Under the pieces are notes generated by a model. The model was not told the DNA's origin, ran no database searches, and worked only from the letters and a program-made list of their open reading frames with translations. DNA of 54,973 nt from assembly GCA_010093815.1 (NCBI GenBank), contig ML996580.1; one strand, given 5' to 3'. Numbering within the stretch: the first letter of the stretch is position 1; each line of letters starts with the position of its first letter. The translations under genes were made by a program, and so were the position numbers. This DNA comes from Pseudovirgaria hyperparasitica. Lineage: Eukaryota. Shown here in pieces: positions 1 to 13,631 of the stretch.

Positions 1-777
1 ATTATAGGTTTCTAAGGATCTTTATTAGAATTATATTCTTTCTAATAAATTTTATATAGCTATATACTATCTTTAGTATATTACTAGCTAAGTATCTACT
101 TAACTTTATAGATATCTATACCTTCTTATATAACTACTTTATATAGTATCTATTTAGAATAATCTAGTAATAATAAGATATAAAATAGCTTAAGAAGCGT
201 AATATAGAATATATTATATATCTTTAATATAGAAGGGAGTTATAACTTATACGCCTAGTTATTAATTATATAAGTAATCTTATATAGATCTATTATTATA
301 TAGTTAAGCTTCTTCTTTAGCCTAATACTATAAATATTCTTACTATTTAGTAAAACTTTATCCCTAATATTAAAGATTATAGGTTTTCTACCCTTATTAT
401 AGTGTAATTTACTATAATCTATAGTATCTTATAGTAACTTTATAATACTTCTTTATATTTAGAATAGTTCTATAATAATTTCTATTACTTTAACATTAGA
501 TTATTCTACTTTAAACTAAGTCTCTAAGAACTATATATTATAGTTCTAACTAAAGTTTACTTTAAATAGACTTATATAGATTAATATATATTAGCTATTA
601 TTATATATAAATTCTATAATATAGACTAACCTTACCTAGTTATTCTACTTATAGTTATAATATATATATAAATACGCCTTAACTATCTAATTCTACTACT
701 CTATCTATCTATCTATCTATTTATAGATAGAATATAGTACTAAGTTTCTACTTAATTCCTAGTATATAGTAGAAATC
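1..777. mobile_element. RIP-degenerate repeat relic, family not identified
   Basis: Very AT-rich, TpA-enriched, almost no CpA/TpG, no ORFs; cut by the LTR at 778. No diagnostic motif recognised. Confidence 0.4.
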
Positions 778-1306
778 TATAATAAATTACTAGCTAGAGC
801 CATAGGGGGATACATAGACTCTAGCACAAGTAGCGTAAGAAATAGTATAGCATGTAGAAGAGGTGCCTATAATACGATAGGTAGCCTTAGATAGTAATCT
901 AAGGCCGAGATAGATACCTATAGGGAGAGCTAATTATAGATACTTAGAATAGGTATTCTAAGTAGTCCACTAGGTAATTAGAAATAGAATATTAGTATTC
1001 TAAGTAATATACTAAATACTTAGAATAAGTATTCTAATTAGAGGACCTTAGTAGAACTATATAGACCCTTTAGACCTAATCTCTAGAGATAGTTCTATAG
1101 TAATTAATTTAAACTTATACCGATATAATTACTACTTTACTCGCCTACTAGCTAGTTACTATTTATACCCTATTAATACTTACTATAAACCTACTTATAC
1201 TCCTCTAAGCCTTCTAAGTATCTTTACCTTTAGGAAAGTCGGGATACTCTATAGAATAGACTACTTTAGAGATAAGCTACATCCTTATTAGAGAAGGTTT
1301 ATTATA
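778..1306 (+). repeat. 5' LTR of family A (529 bp)
   Basis: Near-identical reverse-complement copy at 15362-15890; ends TATAAT...ATTATA, consistent with RIPed TG...CA. Confidence 0.9.
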
Positions 1307-4300
1307 GTTTAATTACTTCTACTTAGACTCCGAAGTAAGTATTTATACTATCTATTTAAATATAAAATAGTAAATAATAGATAGTCCTTATCTTCGTAAA
1401 CCACTCTATAAGTACTAACTATAGAATAAGTTAGATATCTTATTATAGAATTAGGGGAGTAAGTCACGGAGCTCTAAAGGAAAAATATTAAACTTAGGAA
1501 AGCTAAAGAGGGCTTTAAAAGAAAAATCCTAGAACCTTTTAAAGGTAAGCGAAGCGAACTCTAAGGATTCCTAATATAGATTAGAATATACCTCTAGGCC
1601 TATTAAATTTAGGACCTAGAAGAATAAGTTATATTTACCGCTAGACTACTAAAGGGAGATATACTCGCTTAGTTTAAACCCTACTTAAGAGACTTTATAG
1701 AAAATAATCTATAGAATTAATAGAATAATACTACTAAGGTCTTTAAACGCTTTAAAGAATTCGAGAAATATATTAAGATAACTTTTAGAGATATAGATAA
1801 ATAAAGAATAGCTAAGAGACGGATCTAGTAAATAGTCTAGATAAAATCTATATCTAACTACACCTCTAAATTCTAATAAATCTCTAGTTAGCTAGAATAG
1901 GACGATGAACCCCTAATTCTTTAGTTCTATACTAGACTATATAATAATATTAAGGACGAAATCTCTAGAGAGAGAGACTATCCTACTAACCTTTAGGAGT
2001 ATATTAAGCTAGTAGTCTAGATTAATAACTAACTATATAAGAGACGCTATAAGAAAAGAGGGAAGAAGGTCTTTTAATCTATACTTAAACGAGATATAAG
2101 AAAGGGCTATATTAATAGAGCCCTAAACTACTTATATAAGGGATTCTATAATAGATCTATATCTATAGAGCTTATCGCCTTATAGATAAAATATCTATCT
2201 AATAAAGAAAGAGAGTAACTAAAGAAGGAAGGTAAGTATCTCTACTATAAAGAAAAGGGGCACTACGCCCGCGAATACCCGAAAAATAAGAATAAGAAAA
2301 ATTAGATTAAAGACCTAGTACTAAGATAAGAAAACTTCGCTATAGAAAAAGAAGAAGTATCTTATATAGCTATATTATAGACTAGTTATACTAATAACCT
2401 CTATTTTATATATAAGTTAGAAAAAGATAGTATAGATTAGTATCTAAAGAAAAGAAACGTTTTAATAGCTAGTAAATAACCCCTATTACTTTATAAAAAA
2501 ATAGAACTATAGAAGTACTTAGAAGTAATAAGAAGACCTAAACTAACTAAAGAAATAGTATCTAAAGAAGTAATAATTAAAGGAAGTACTATTAAGGAAG
2601 ATAGTAAGGAAGAAAACCTTACTATAGAAGAACTATATAATAAGTTAATAATAAACTAAGACTCTATTACCTACTATATTATCTATTATTATAGAAAATA
2701 TAGAAGTAAGGATAATAGAGACCTACCTTTAAGAGATATAGAAACCTAACCGGAAGATAACTAACTTATTTTACCCTACTATAAGGAACACGGTAAGACT
2801 TTCTAGGTTATCTATCTCTATAATAACTATCTTTATTATCTTTATAAGAAGTAAACCTAGAAATAGTTCCTATAATAGTATTAAAATTAAGTAATTCTAA
2901 AAGCCTTTAAGGACGAAGATATATAATAGTATAAAATAATTACTAAGGAAGCTAATAAAAACTACTTTATATTAAAATAGATAGAAAATAAGATTTACCT
3001 AGAGAACTAATATATCTAATGCCCGGATATTACGTGCCGAATCTATCTAATATCTAAGACTATTATATAGTATAACCTTTAAGTAGACTTAGGCAAAATT
3101 AAGAAATAAGTTTAATCTATAATCTAACTTATATAAGAAATGGAATAGAAACTTAGTAAGCTATAAAAAAACTAGAAAGGCCGGATATACTAAGAGAAAT
3201 AACTAAGCTAAAAAGAAAATCTCTTATATCTATTAGTAACTTAGATAATAAAATATAAATATCTCTTAAAATTTAGCTCTATTAAAAATACTCTATTAAG
3301 GTACTAATTAATAGCGGAGTATAGTCTAATTTTATCTCTCTAACTATAGTAGATAAACTAAAAATACCCTATAATAGTAAAGAAGAACTATATAAATTAT
3401 CCATGTTTAAAGGACTTAATATAGAATATACTAATAGAATAGTATACTTAGAAATAGAACCTCTAGATTTAGTCTTAATAGTAGAATACTAATAATTATA
3501 ACTAGATATAGCGGAGCTAGGATAATACGACTTAATCCTAGGAATACTATAGCTTAAAGAAGTTAACCCTATAATTAACTAGAAAACTAAGGAAATTATA
3601 CTCTAGGGAACGTTAAAACCCTTAGAAACTATTAAAGAAGAAGTAGAGATTAATAAACCTATAAAGGCGCTAACAACTAGAAAGTCTATCTATTATATTT
3701 AGAAGCTTAATAATAAGTAAGGTAATATAAAGAGCGGACCCTTACGTAAGAAATATATAGTATAATAAGGCACGCCTATAGATAAATAGATTTAAAAAAT
3801 AAACGACGTACTTATACTAAAGGAATACTACTAATATTATATTATCTCTAAAGAAGAACTTAAGACGGGACTACTAAAGTATAGCCTATATAATTATATA
3901 ATAATACTCTAACTAGGAATAGCACCTATATTTAAAGATATATATACTAACTTATTAAAAAATAACTAGAAATAACGCGATAATATATTAAGAAAATAGA
4001 AGTAAAAGAATATATCTAACCCTCTAAATTACCTATAGAATATCTAATACTCTTTATACTAAAGAAAGACGGAAGTAAATAACTCTATATAGACTATTAA
4101 TACTTAAACGATATTACTATTAAAAATAGATACTCTCTACCCTAAATTAATAAATTATAGAACTAACTTATAGAGGCTTAGTACTTTACTATAATAGACT
4201 TATAAGAAGTCTATAACCTTATATATATAGTAGAAGGAGATAAATAGAAAATAGCCTTTTAGACTCGATACGGCTACTATAAATATCTAGTAATACTATT

Positions 4301-4440
4301 TAGACTAACTAATATACTAGCTATATTCTAAGTACTAATTAATAACGTACTAAGAGAATACCTTAACTACTTTCTAATAGTCTACCTAGATAATATATTA
4401 ATTTACTTAAGAAATCTATTAGAGTATAGAGAATATATAT
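778..4440 (+). mobile_element. Gypsy-type LTR retrotransposon, family A (5' LTR, gag, protease, partial RT), RIPed and 3'-truncated
   Basis: De-RIP readings: gag zinc knuckle GKCLYCKEKGHYARECP (~2231-2281), protease ALIDSGAQSNFIS (~3301), RT [31 protein letters not shown] (~4050-4140) and VYLDDILIY (~4380). Ends at the (TAA)n tail of a LINE. Confidence 0.9.
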
Positions 4441-7400
4441 ATAATAATAATAATAATAATATTAGTAAACTAGGTAGAGTACCACTCTATAGGCGCATGC
4501 CTCCTCTAGTCTAAGCTACTATATAAGAAGAAACCTACGAATAGGAAAAACTCCCTTATATCCATGACTACGCTCTGTCTATCCTCTCGTTCTTTATATA
4601 TATATAGCCCTAGGGGCTACCTATAGGCCTATAGCCTATATTATAATGGTTTACCCTTAGGTAGCACGTATAGGTACGGAGATTATTAGTTAAGGGCTGC
4701 CCTTAACTAATAATCGCGGTTCTCCTAGGGTTCTTCCGACGTATACCGGGGTTCTTCCGGCATATATTAGGCTTCTTCCGGTATATATACGCGGGTCTAC
4801 TAGAACTAGGGGAGAGAAAGGTATACGAGCATCTATTAGGCGACGTCCTTAGGGTACTTATTAAGCTATCGCGTAATATTAGAGGTCCTTATTATACGGA
4901 CGAGGGCTTATCTTAGAGTATAGAGGCTAGAGCACGTCGCGAGGTAGTGGCGTATTATACCTCTCTAGCCGTAGTCCTTATACTAGGGAGATATATCTAG
5001 AACGCCTCTCTAGTAGAGGTAATATAGAAGACCTATAGCGCCTATTTAGGCTTAGAGGAGTATAGATACTTAGGCCTTCGTTAGCCCTTTATATATCTAT
5101 TTACTCGGTTCCTTCTAAGGCCCTCGGATCTATTCTAGATACCTATCCTATTAGGAGGCCCACTAGACTTTAAGTATCTCCCTCTATTTATCCTAGATCT
5201 ATAACTATATAACGCGGCTAAGCTCCTTAGGGCTCTATTAGCTCGGGACGGTATCCGGGTTATTTTAAACCTCCTACGCGGTCTAGCTTGAGTCCGCCTC
5301 TATATAGTATTTATATTATACTCGAGTTTATTCTATAGTAGAGAGGGCCTAGTAATACACGCGGATATATGTACGTAGTATAGCGAAGGTATATACCCTA
5401 TCTTCTCTACGTTCTTATACTTATTATTTAGTAAAGTATATAAGTCTCTATATCTAGTAGAAGTCCTATATACTTATTATGTTTATCTCGCGTCGGAGGA
5501 GCGTTATATTAGTAGCTTTATATACGCTAGAGATAAGGCGGAGTATACGGTTTTATATAGACTTAAGCTTTGCCCGCCGAGCTTATATAAGGGCCGTATA
5601 CTAGTACTTATATCTATATATAAAGGCTAGGCGTGCTAGGGAGACGTATAGCTATCTCGCCTTATCCCGGGCTATTCCCTACGTAGATACCGTAATCTAG
5701 CGTATAGCGGTTTCTATCTAGAGGGCTCTAGAGACGGCGTGTACTACCTATGGTCCCTATTTTAGCTTATTATTGATTATAACGCCGAGTGCACGTATAC
5801 TCTATGCTAGTAGTTCTATAAAGGTATCAATTTAGGGGCGACGTACCCCCTCCCTAGTAGCCTATTCTCTACGGCGGTTAATAAAGTATATAAGCTAGTA
5901 TTTTTTAGGTGCGAATTTTACTCTATAGTACTTTATCTACTAGACGTATTTCTCGTGGTCTCGTTCGAGTCGTGTATATATTCTACTAGTACTACTATCG
6001 ACCGTAAGGAGGTATATATCGTCCGCGTATCCGACTACCTCTATATATTCTATTCCCTAAAGAAGGTCTACTATAAAGAAGAGAAAGAGGATTAGGGAGA
6101 TGGTGCTCCCTTACGGGATGCCGTATACCGTCTCCTTATATTCGCTTCGGTATCCGGGGATATATATTTAAGTAGTCCTTTACGCGAGGAAGGACTATAT
6201 AAATCATATAATCTACTTAGGTATTCGCCTCATCCGGAGGTTATAGATAAGTCTTATATAGTTTACCTTATTAAACGCCTCTACTATGTCTAGGGAGAGT
6301 AGCGTAACGACTCGTCCTTATTTCTATATAGTCTAGATAACCTCGAGGATGTATTAAATGGCCGTGATTAGGGAGCTTTCTACCTTCGCCTTCTAGTTTA
6401 CTAGGAGAAGGCCGTGTACCTATACTACTATACTTATCTTCTTAGTAATCGTAGCTTCTAGTACCTTACTAAGGTAGAAGAGAAGGGCGATCGGCCTCTA
6501 TCCCTTCGGCGTGTTTAGACTCTTCCCTAGTTTTAGAAGTATAACCGTATATATAGTTCGGAAGCTCTATAGGTAGTATCCTATACGGGCGCACGCTCGG
6601 AATATATGGCCTATAATTAGTAAGGTCGCCTATATAGTCCTCTTAAGGCATCGATTTAGAATTCCGTCTAGCCTAGGCGCTTTATCGTTCGGGAGTATCT
6701 TAATAGCGCCGAGTATATTATCGTCCGTGATTTCCCTAGGGATACTTACGGCTTCCGGGTATTCCGTACCATTAATATCTAATAGGTCTATAGATTCTAG
6801 AAGAGGGAACATAATCTCTCGTAGAATCTCTATTTTCTTAAGGCTCGTAGAGTACGTCTTTTCTTAATATATAAGAGGGGGTATAAGTGGTATAGATGTC
6901 GGGGAGGCGGTACTTTTAGCCTATTTTACTATATACTATAGTCTAGTAGTATTACGTGTATATCTATCCGTGACTATACGCTACTATTTACGTCGCTCGT
7001 TACGGAGGACCTTATCTCGTTATCTTCTCGCCTCTCTCTATTTATCCTACGCTTTAGGTGTGCGGTTATAGTATACGCGTGTGTATAATCTCCGGACTTC
7101 TCGCCTATGCTCTCGCACTTAAGGTATACTTTTCGGGTCTAGGGGTCTATATATTCGGTACGGCACGTGTTTATCTCTTACTCCCTAGTACGCCTATAGG
7201 AGTATATTCACGGCCTAGTTAATGGCCGGGCCATTAGATACGTCGACTATAGACGGGTCTAGAATCGTCGATTCTAGGTCCTTTAGGTACTTTTCCTAGT
7301 TAGTATCCTTCTATAGCTATCGCCCTCGTTAGTCTTAAGGGGTAGATACGTCTATTATAGTCTCTATATATTCGTAGTCGGAGTCTATCTATATAAGGCT

Positions 7401-9739
7401 TAGGCGGTAGTATTAAGTCCTATTATAAATGTGTCTAGTAGCTAGGGTAAGGTCGAGTATAGATCCGCCCTTATCTTATTTATGTTTTCGCTAGGTAATC
7501 TATTCTACTAGTATAAGAAGATATAGGAAGCCGTAGTATCGGGTGTATAGTTCTCTAGCTCGAAGCTCTTCGCGGGTAACGGTTAGTCCACCCTACTAGC
7601 TATAATAGAGATTGAAGTCTCCTAGGAGGATATATTATCCTAGCTTAGTAGTACCCTTAAGTATATTATCCACCTAAAGCGATCGGTTCTAATTATATAT
7701 ATTATATATATGGAGGGGTCTAATGTTTATCTAGAGGTGTAGTATTATCCGGAGGTTATCCCGTTTAGTATATAACTATAATAAGAGTAGGATAGACTTA
7801 TAGACATGGAAGAGGACTCTCCTCTCCGGTCCTAGGGGGTTCATTATATAATATTCTAGGTGTGTTATTAGTTTATTCGTCTAGTAGTGTTTATATAGCT
7901 CCTATATAGCGAGTATTACAGCTCCGGTCTTCTCGAGGAGTATCGCCTAGTTCTTACATTTATACTATACGTTTACCTATATAATTAGAAGTATATCTTA
8001 GTCTCTCATTAGGTGCTAGGGAATATATAGACCTATATATTCGTTCCTCTAAGACGCGACTATCCTCGTACGGCGGCGGCCTTAGTAATTCCTTAGGGCT
8101 ATTCTATTATTAGCTTTCTCGGGACGGTTTACCATTTCTAACCGCTTCCTTATAAGGAGGTAGTCTATAGTAGTAGTATTATAGTAAAGAGAGGAACGGT
8201 AGTAGATCGTATCATTTATAGCTACCTTACTCCCTTTATCCGGATTAAGTAGATATATTTGGTAATCTATTTACGTTTCGCGCACGTAGCCGACTACGAC
8301 GGGTGCTTACCGTCGTAGTTAGAGTACTTCGCCGTGTCTCTATCCCTCTAGCCCTCTCCTCGTGTCCTATAGGGGTACTCCTAGGTACTATGTTCTTATC
8401 GATACCACCTATACCTAGTCTTTTAGAAGTACCGCTATGCCGTATACCCGTATCTCTAATAGTTAAAGCACTATATTATCGCCTATACTCTATTCTATAG
8501 TTCCGCTATAAGAAGCTCCCCTTCTACTAGGAATCTCTCTTATATAATTTAATACGTAAGGGCGGGGTCCTTAAGCTCTACTATTATAGTAGAGTATGCC
8601 TTTAATCTAGTTTTAATCCCTTATATATTCTTCTACCATACTCTTATAATCTTAATCCCTAGGTATTTTCACTTATTTAACTATTCTATCTGCGTGATAT
8701 CCTCTTCTCTAATAACCTATCCGCTTATAGATATAGAGTATATCTATATCGGGTATATGGCCGCCCTAATAGAGGCGCCTAGGAAGATACTACTAATCGC
8801 GTTCGGATCGCGCGAGATAGTCTACTACACGATATTCGTTATCGTAGTAAGTACTACTCCTCCTAGTATAAGTTTAGTAGCGACGACGTTTAACTATATT
8901 CCCTTTTATTCGTTAATCTTACTTACTATATCCTTTGGGGATGCTTGCTAGACCTATGCTAGGGTGTCCTTATCCTAGATTGCGACGCGTATACTATACG
9001 CCACGTCGCCGGTCCGGGGGGCCCGTGGTATAGCCTCTAGTATTACTACTATTTATACCTATGTACTAGGGCGCTTACCTTAAGTAAGTTCCTCCTGGAT
9101 TCTACGTAGGCTAGCCTCTATTCGGTCGAGTCTACCCTCCGGTTCTCCTAGTTATATCTTCTTCTCCTTCTCTATAATTCCCTTTAGATTCTAGATAAGG
9201 TTCTAGAATATATATAGGAGGGTCTTCTAGCCCTCTCCGGCTTCCTTCTCTATATATACTACCTAGTAGTTAATATAATCTAGGAGGGTTTCCCCTCTTA
9301 GGGTCCCCTTTATTCTATCTATCTATGGCGGCGTACGCCTTTAGGTGTATTCTATATTTTAGATAGGTGTATGGTTGCCCTTAGTAATATTACTATATGG
9401 CCTTTTCTATCGTACCGGTAGAGGTATATCCGGTATATACCGGGGTATGTCGGTGCCTAAGGCCGCTATATTTATTAGTTAAGGGCTACCCTTAACTAAT
9501 AAAAGGGGGTTGGCGTATCGGCGTTCTAGTAGCGTAGTCCGTGCCTCTATCTCCGTGAGGATTTTAAGAGGGTGTGTATATATCTTTATACGGCGATAAC
9601 GTCTTGGTTTCGACGCTACATGTACGTGTATATGGTAGTAGTTAGTGTACTCGGTGTACTCTATCGATTAAGGTATGTATCTCGCTATATTACCCCGAAT
9701 GGACCAAGTTGGCCTCTTAGGGATGTAAAAGAAGTTTTT
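4441..9739 (-). mobile_element. Full-length Tad-clade LINE (copy 1), RIPed
   Basis: (TTA)n 3' tail at 4441-4460; RT VGYADD (~6015-6040, minus); ORF 6630..6812 keeps KAPRLDGILN (KAPGxDG motif); endonuclease region ~7400-8000; ORF1 with CCHC knuckles (~8270-8480); colinear with the copy at 35321-40617. Confidence 0.9.
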
Positions 9740-11515
9740 ATAATAATAAGTATATCTTAGCTCCTTATTAGGTGCTAGGGAATGCTTAAATCTATATACT
9801 AGTAGTGTTAAGGCGTAACTATCCCTACGCGGTAGCTACCTTAAGAATATACTAGGGTTACCCTATCTTTCTCTATATAGTATACTATTATACGTTAGAC
9901 CCGCCTTCTTATAAGGTAGTTAGTATAGTCGTAGGTATAGTTAGAGTAGATAGTAGAGGTCTTATAGCCTATTATATCTACCTTACTTCTCTCGCCTTTA
10001 TAGCGTTAATATACTTAGTAACTTATTTATATTTTATATATATTACTAACTATAATAGGTAATTTCTATTATAGTTAGAGTACTTAGTAGTATCTTTATT
10101 ACGTATATAGTCCCCTTAGACTTTATATAGGTATTTCTAGGTACTATAGTTCTATTGGTACTATCTATAGATAGCCTTCTAAGAGTATCTCTACCCTATA
10201 TATCTTTATCTCTAGTAGTTAAAGTATTAGATTATTATCTAAGCTCTATTCTATAGTTCTACTATAAGTAACTCTCCCTTAGCTAAGAAGCCTTTCTATA
10301 TAATCTAATAGGCGAGGGTAGGGTCTTAGAGCTCTACTATTATAGTAGAGTACTTTTTTAATTTTACCTTAATCTCTTATACGTTCTTCTACTATACCTT
10401 TATAATCTTAATTCTAGAGTACTTCCGGTTATTAGATTATTCTATTTACTTAATATTATTAGCGCTAATAATATATCCCTAGATAGAGACTATATATATC
10501 TATATTAGATATATATTAGCGTAGACGGAGGCGCTAGGGAAGATATTATTAATTACGTTCGGGTTATAGAAGATAGTCTACTAGACTATATTAGTAGTAG
10601 TAGTTAGTACTATATCTTCTAGAGTAAGTTTAGCTATAACTATATTTAACTATATCTCTTTTTATTTATTAATCTTATTAATAATATTCTTTAGAGATAC
10701 CTTCTAGATCTATATAAGGACTTTCTTATTCTAGATAATAATCTATACGCTATATACTTCTTCTATAGATATCCTTAGTATTTAGATTATCCCGGTTATA
10801 CTATCTAATAGTACTATAACTTATATCTAAGTAGTTAGGCGTCTCTCCCGGGTAAGGCCTTCTTAGATTCTTAGTAGACTAGCCTTAATTTAGTCTAGTC
10901 TAGACTCCGGACTCGTTTCCGGTATCTATTTTACTTCTATAGTAAGCCCCTTAATATTCTAGACTAGGCTCTAGAAGATATTAAGGAGGGTAGTCTCTCT
11001 CTTCTTAACCTCCCTCTCTATATATACTATCTAGTATTTAATCTTATCTATAAGGGTATCCGTAAGTAGAGTTCTCTCTATCTTAGTTATCTATAGTACT
11101 TTACGCCTCTAGTTATTTTTCATTTTTTAGATAGTAGTTTAGTCGTTCTAGAATATACTACTATATAACTATTTCTATTATACTAGTAGTAGAGGTATAT
11201 CTAGCGGAAGCTAGGGTATATTAGTACCGGAGGCCGCTATAATTATTAGTTAAGGGCTGCCCTTAACTAGTAAAGGGGGTTAGCGTGTTAGCGTTTATTA
11301 GTAGTAGTCTATATCTATTACTCTAAATAGTTTTTAAGTATATATATATATAGTATCTCTATATATTAGTACCGTCGTGTATTATATACTATATATACGT
11401 ACGTATATCGGAAGTTATTATACTTAGTATACTCTATCGATTAATGTCTATAGATCGCTATATCGCCCCGAATTAACTAGTTTTAGTCTCTTAGAGTATG
11501 AGAAAGTTTTTTTTA
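9740..11515 (-). mobile_element. 5' half (5' UTR + ORF1) of a diverged Tad-clade LINE (copy 2)
   Basis: Colinear with 7990-9740, including the 5' UTR palindrome at 11243-11273; breaks off at the start of ORF2. Confidence 0.85.
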
Positions 11516-11798
11516 TAAATAATCTATAATAGATTTAATAAATAGATTCTTTTAATAGAAGGTATACGCGCTATAATCCAATAGTAGACGTTAAGTCTAG
11601 TTACTAAGGCCTATATTAGGCGGCGTTATATATAATAATAAGTATTACTATAAGTCGATAGTAATTACTACTATAATAACTAGATATAGAAGAGTAGCTT
11701 TATTAATGGTTTTCTAGAAAGCTAGTAGAAATAAGCTAGATAATACTTACTTATAAGTAGCCTATAACTAGAGTAGACTCTAGTAATAAATAAGTAGA

Positions 11799-12025
11799 GG
11801 GAGGGGATAATATTAAGGGTAGACTCTAGGTATACTTAACGCTAGTATACTACGCCCGCGCTACTACTCTCTCCTTACTTAATAAAGCTAAGTAAACTTC
11901 TTTTTAATAGTATACTCCGTTCTATATCTTAAGAAAGCTAAGTAGACTCTAGCTTCCTCTCTTATTAAACTTACTATATTCTATAAATACTCTTATATCT
12001 ATGTATACGTCGTATTCCCGTAATA
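11799..12025 (+). repeat. Polypurine tract + 3' LTR of family C
   Basis: GGGAGGGGATAA immediately before an LTR (11811-12025) that matches the 5' LTR at 48215-48431. Confidence 0.85.
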
Positions 12026-12453
12026 GATAGTAGTAGTAGTAGTAGCCTTAGCTACCTTCTTCTCTTAATTATAGCGCTTCTTTATACTACTATAATAAGT
12101 AGACTTTTTAGCTAGTATAGCCGGGGTAGAGATAATCTCTTTAGAGTAAGTCTTATAAGAGAAGGAGATAGACTTAGAAATAGAACTAGTATTAGATATC
12201 TATATATATATATTAGCTAGAGATCTAAGAATAGAATACTCGTTTAGTCTTAAGAGTAAATAAGAAAGCTAAATTAATAACTATAATAATATAAATAGAT
12301 TTTATAGAACTAGCTCTAATAAGAATAGACTACTCTAGACCTAAACGGGCCTAAACTAAAGAAGATAGTATATAAATTAATAACTTATCTTAAGAGTAAG
12401 ATAGATATACTAAAGAAGAAAATTTAGAATAAGAGAACTAAATATAAGCTTAG

Positions 12454-13054
12454 TATAAGGAGGCGGGCTCTACGCACTAACCAACTATACCAAAAGGACC
12501 GAATCTTAAAGCTACTACTTTAAGGGTAGAGTATACTACTTATATACGACTACTATATACATATATAATTAACTAGTAGGCCACGTGCTCCTTATGTGCC
12601 TAACATTATCTCCCTTCTTAAAGGCGCGTGTCCTTACGCGTTATGGGCATGCTACCTTACGAAAGATAAACTAAACTAGCCGTAACGGGCCTAGTATAAA
12701 CGATATGTATATATAACTAATACTCGTAATGCCGCCTCTAGTACTAGATATGCTAACTTACCGTAGTAACGTTACTACTATGTTATCCGTTACGTGCATA
12801 AAGTATACGTAACATGGCAAGCTAAACGAAATCGTGTGAAATTTAATAACGGTTAACTAGACCGAGAGTTAAACCCGTGACCCCGTAGTAGCTTTAAGAT
12901 TATATAAGGAGGCGGGCTCCACGTACTAACTAACTATACTAAAAGGACCGAATCTTAAAGCTACTACTTTAAGGGTGGAGTATACTACTTATATACGACT
13001 ACTACACACATGTATAATTAACTAGCAGGCCACGTGCTCCTTACGTGCCTGACA
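12454..13054 (-). mobile_element. Complete TRIM-like non-autonomous LTR element, family B (601 bp)
   Basis: Two 152-bp direct repeats (12454-12605, 12903-13054), 297-bp non-coding interior, PPT AAGAAGGGAGATAA on the minus strand before the 3' LTR, 5-bp TSD CTTAG (12449-12453 / 13055-13059). Confidence 0.92.
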
Positions 13055-13371
13055 CTTAGTTTATATAGTAGTTATATAACCCGTAGAGCTACCTCTAAGG
13101 TAGTAGCTAGAAAGTAAGAAATAAGCGTGTATATAAGTTAATAAAAGTAAACTAGAGTTTTAAGTTTACTAATATAAAGGCTATTAATAATATTATATAG
13201 GTTTAATTAGATGTATATATAAATATAACGCTTATAGAATTATAGATTTATATATAGTATAGTTAGCTATTCTTAGGCGTGTCCTTAGAGAGAAGAGGTT
13301 TACTCTTTAATATAGTAGACGTAATAGAGATACGTCTATTTCTTCTATATACTATAAGCTCTCCTCAATTA

Positions 13372-13631
13372 TATAACGTCTTATTAGCTCTCTTATAATA
13401 GAACGGGTCTATACGATACTTATAATTAATTCCTTAATAACTATATCTATTAACCAATATCTATAGAAGCCTATAAACATAAGAAAAAGCTAAATAATTA
13501 AGTATTAGTAATAGGGGAGTACGTGTTATTCTAAATAAGTAGGGAAATGTCCTTCTTAAGTATATAAATATACCATGTAATTAAGCTAGAGATATATATA
13601 TATAGAGCTATAGATACGGCCTTCTATAATA
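13372..13631. repeat. LTR-like repeat, family E, copy 1 (probable solo LTR)
   Basis: About 260-bp direct repeat with 17717-17980; TATAAC...TATAATA ends. Confidence 0.75.

Noticed and set aside
700..720. (TCTA)n run
   Set aside because: Short microsatellite in RIPed DNA with no further significance.
8303..9760. Plus-strand ORFs 8303, 8694, 9572 (also 35344, 36117, 44178)
   Set aside because: Antisense shadows in RIPed LINE sequence with no protein motifs.
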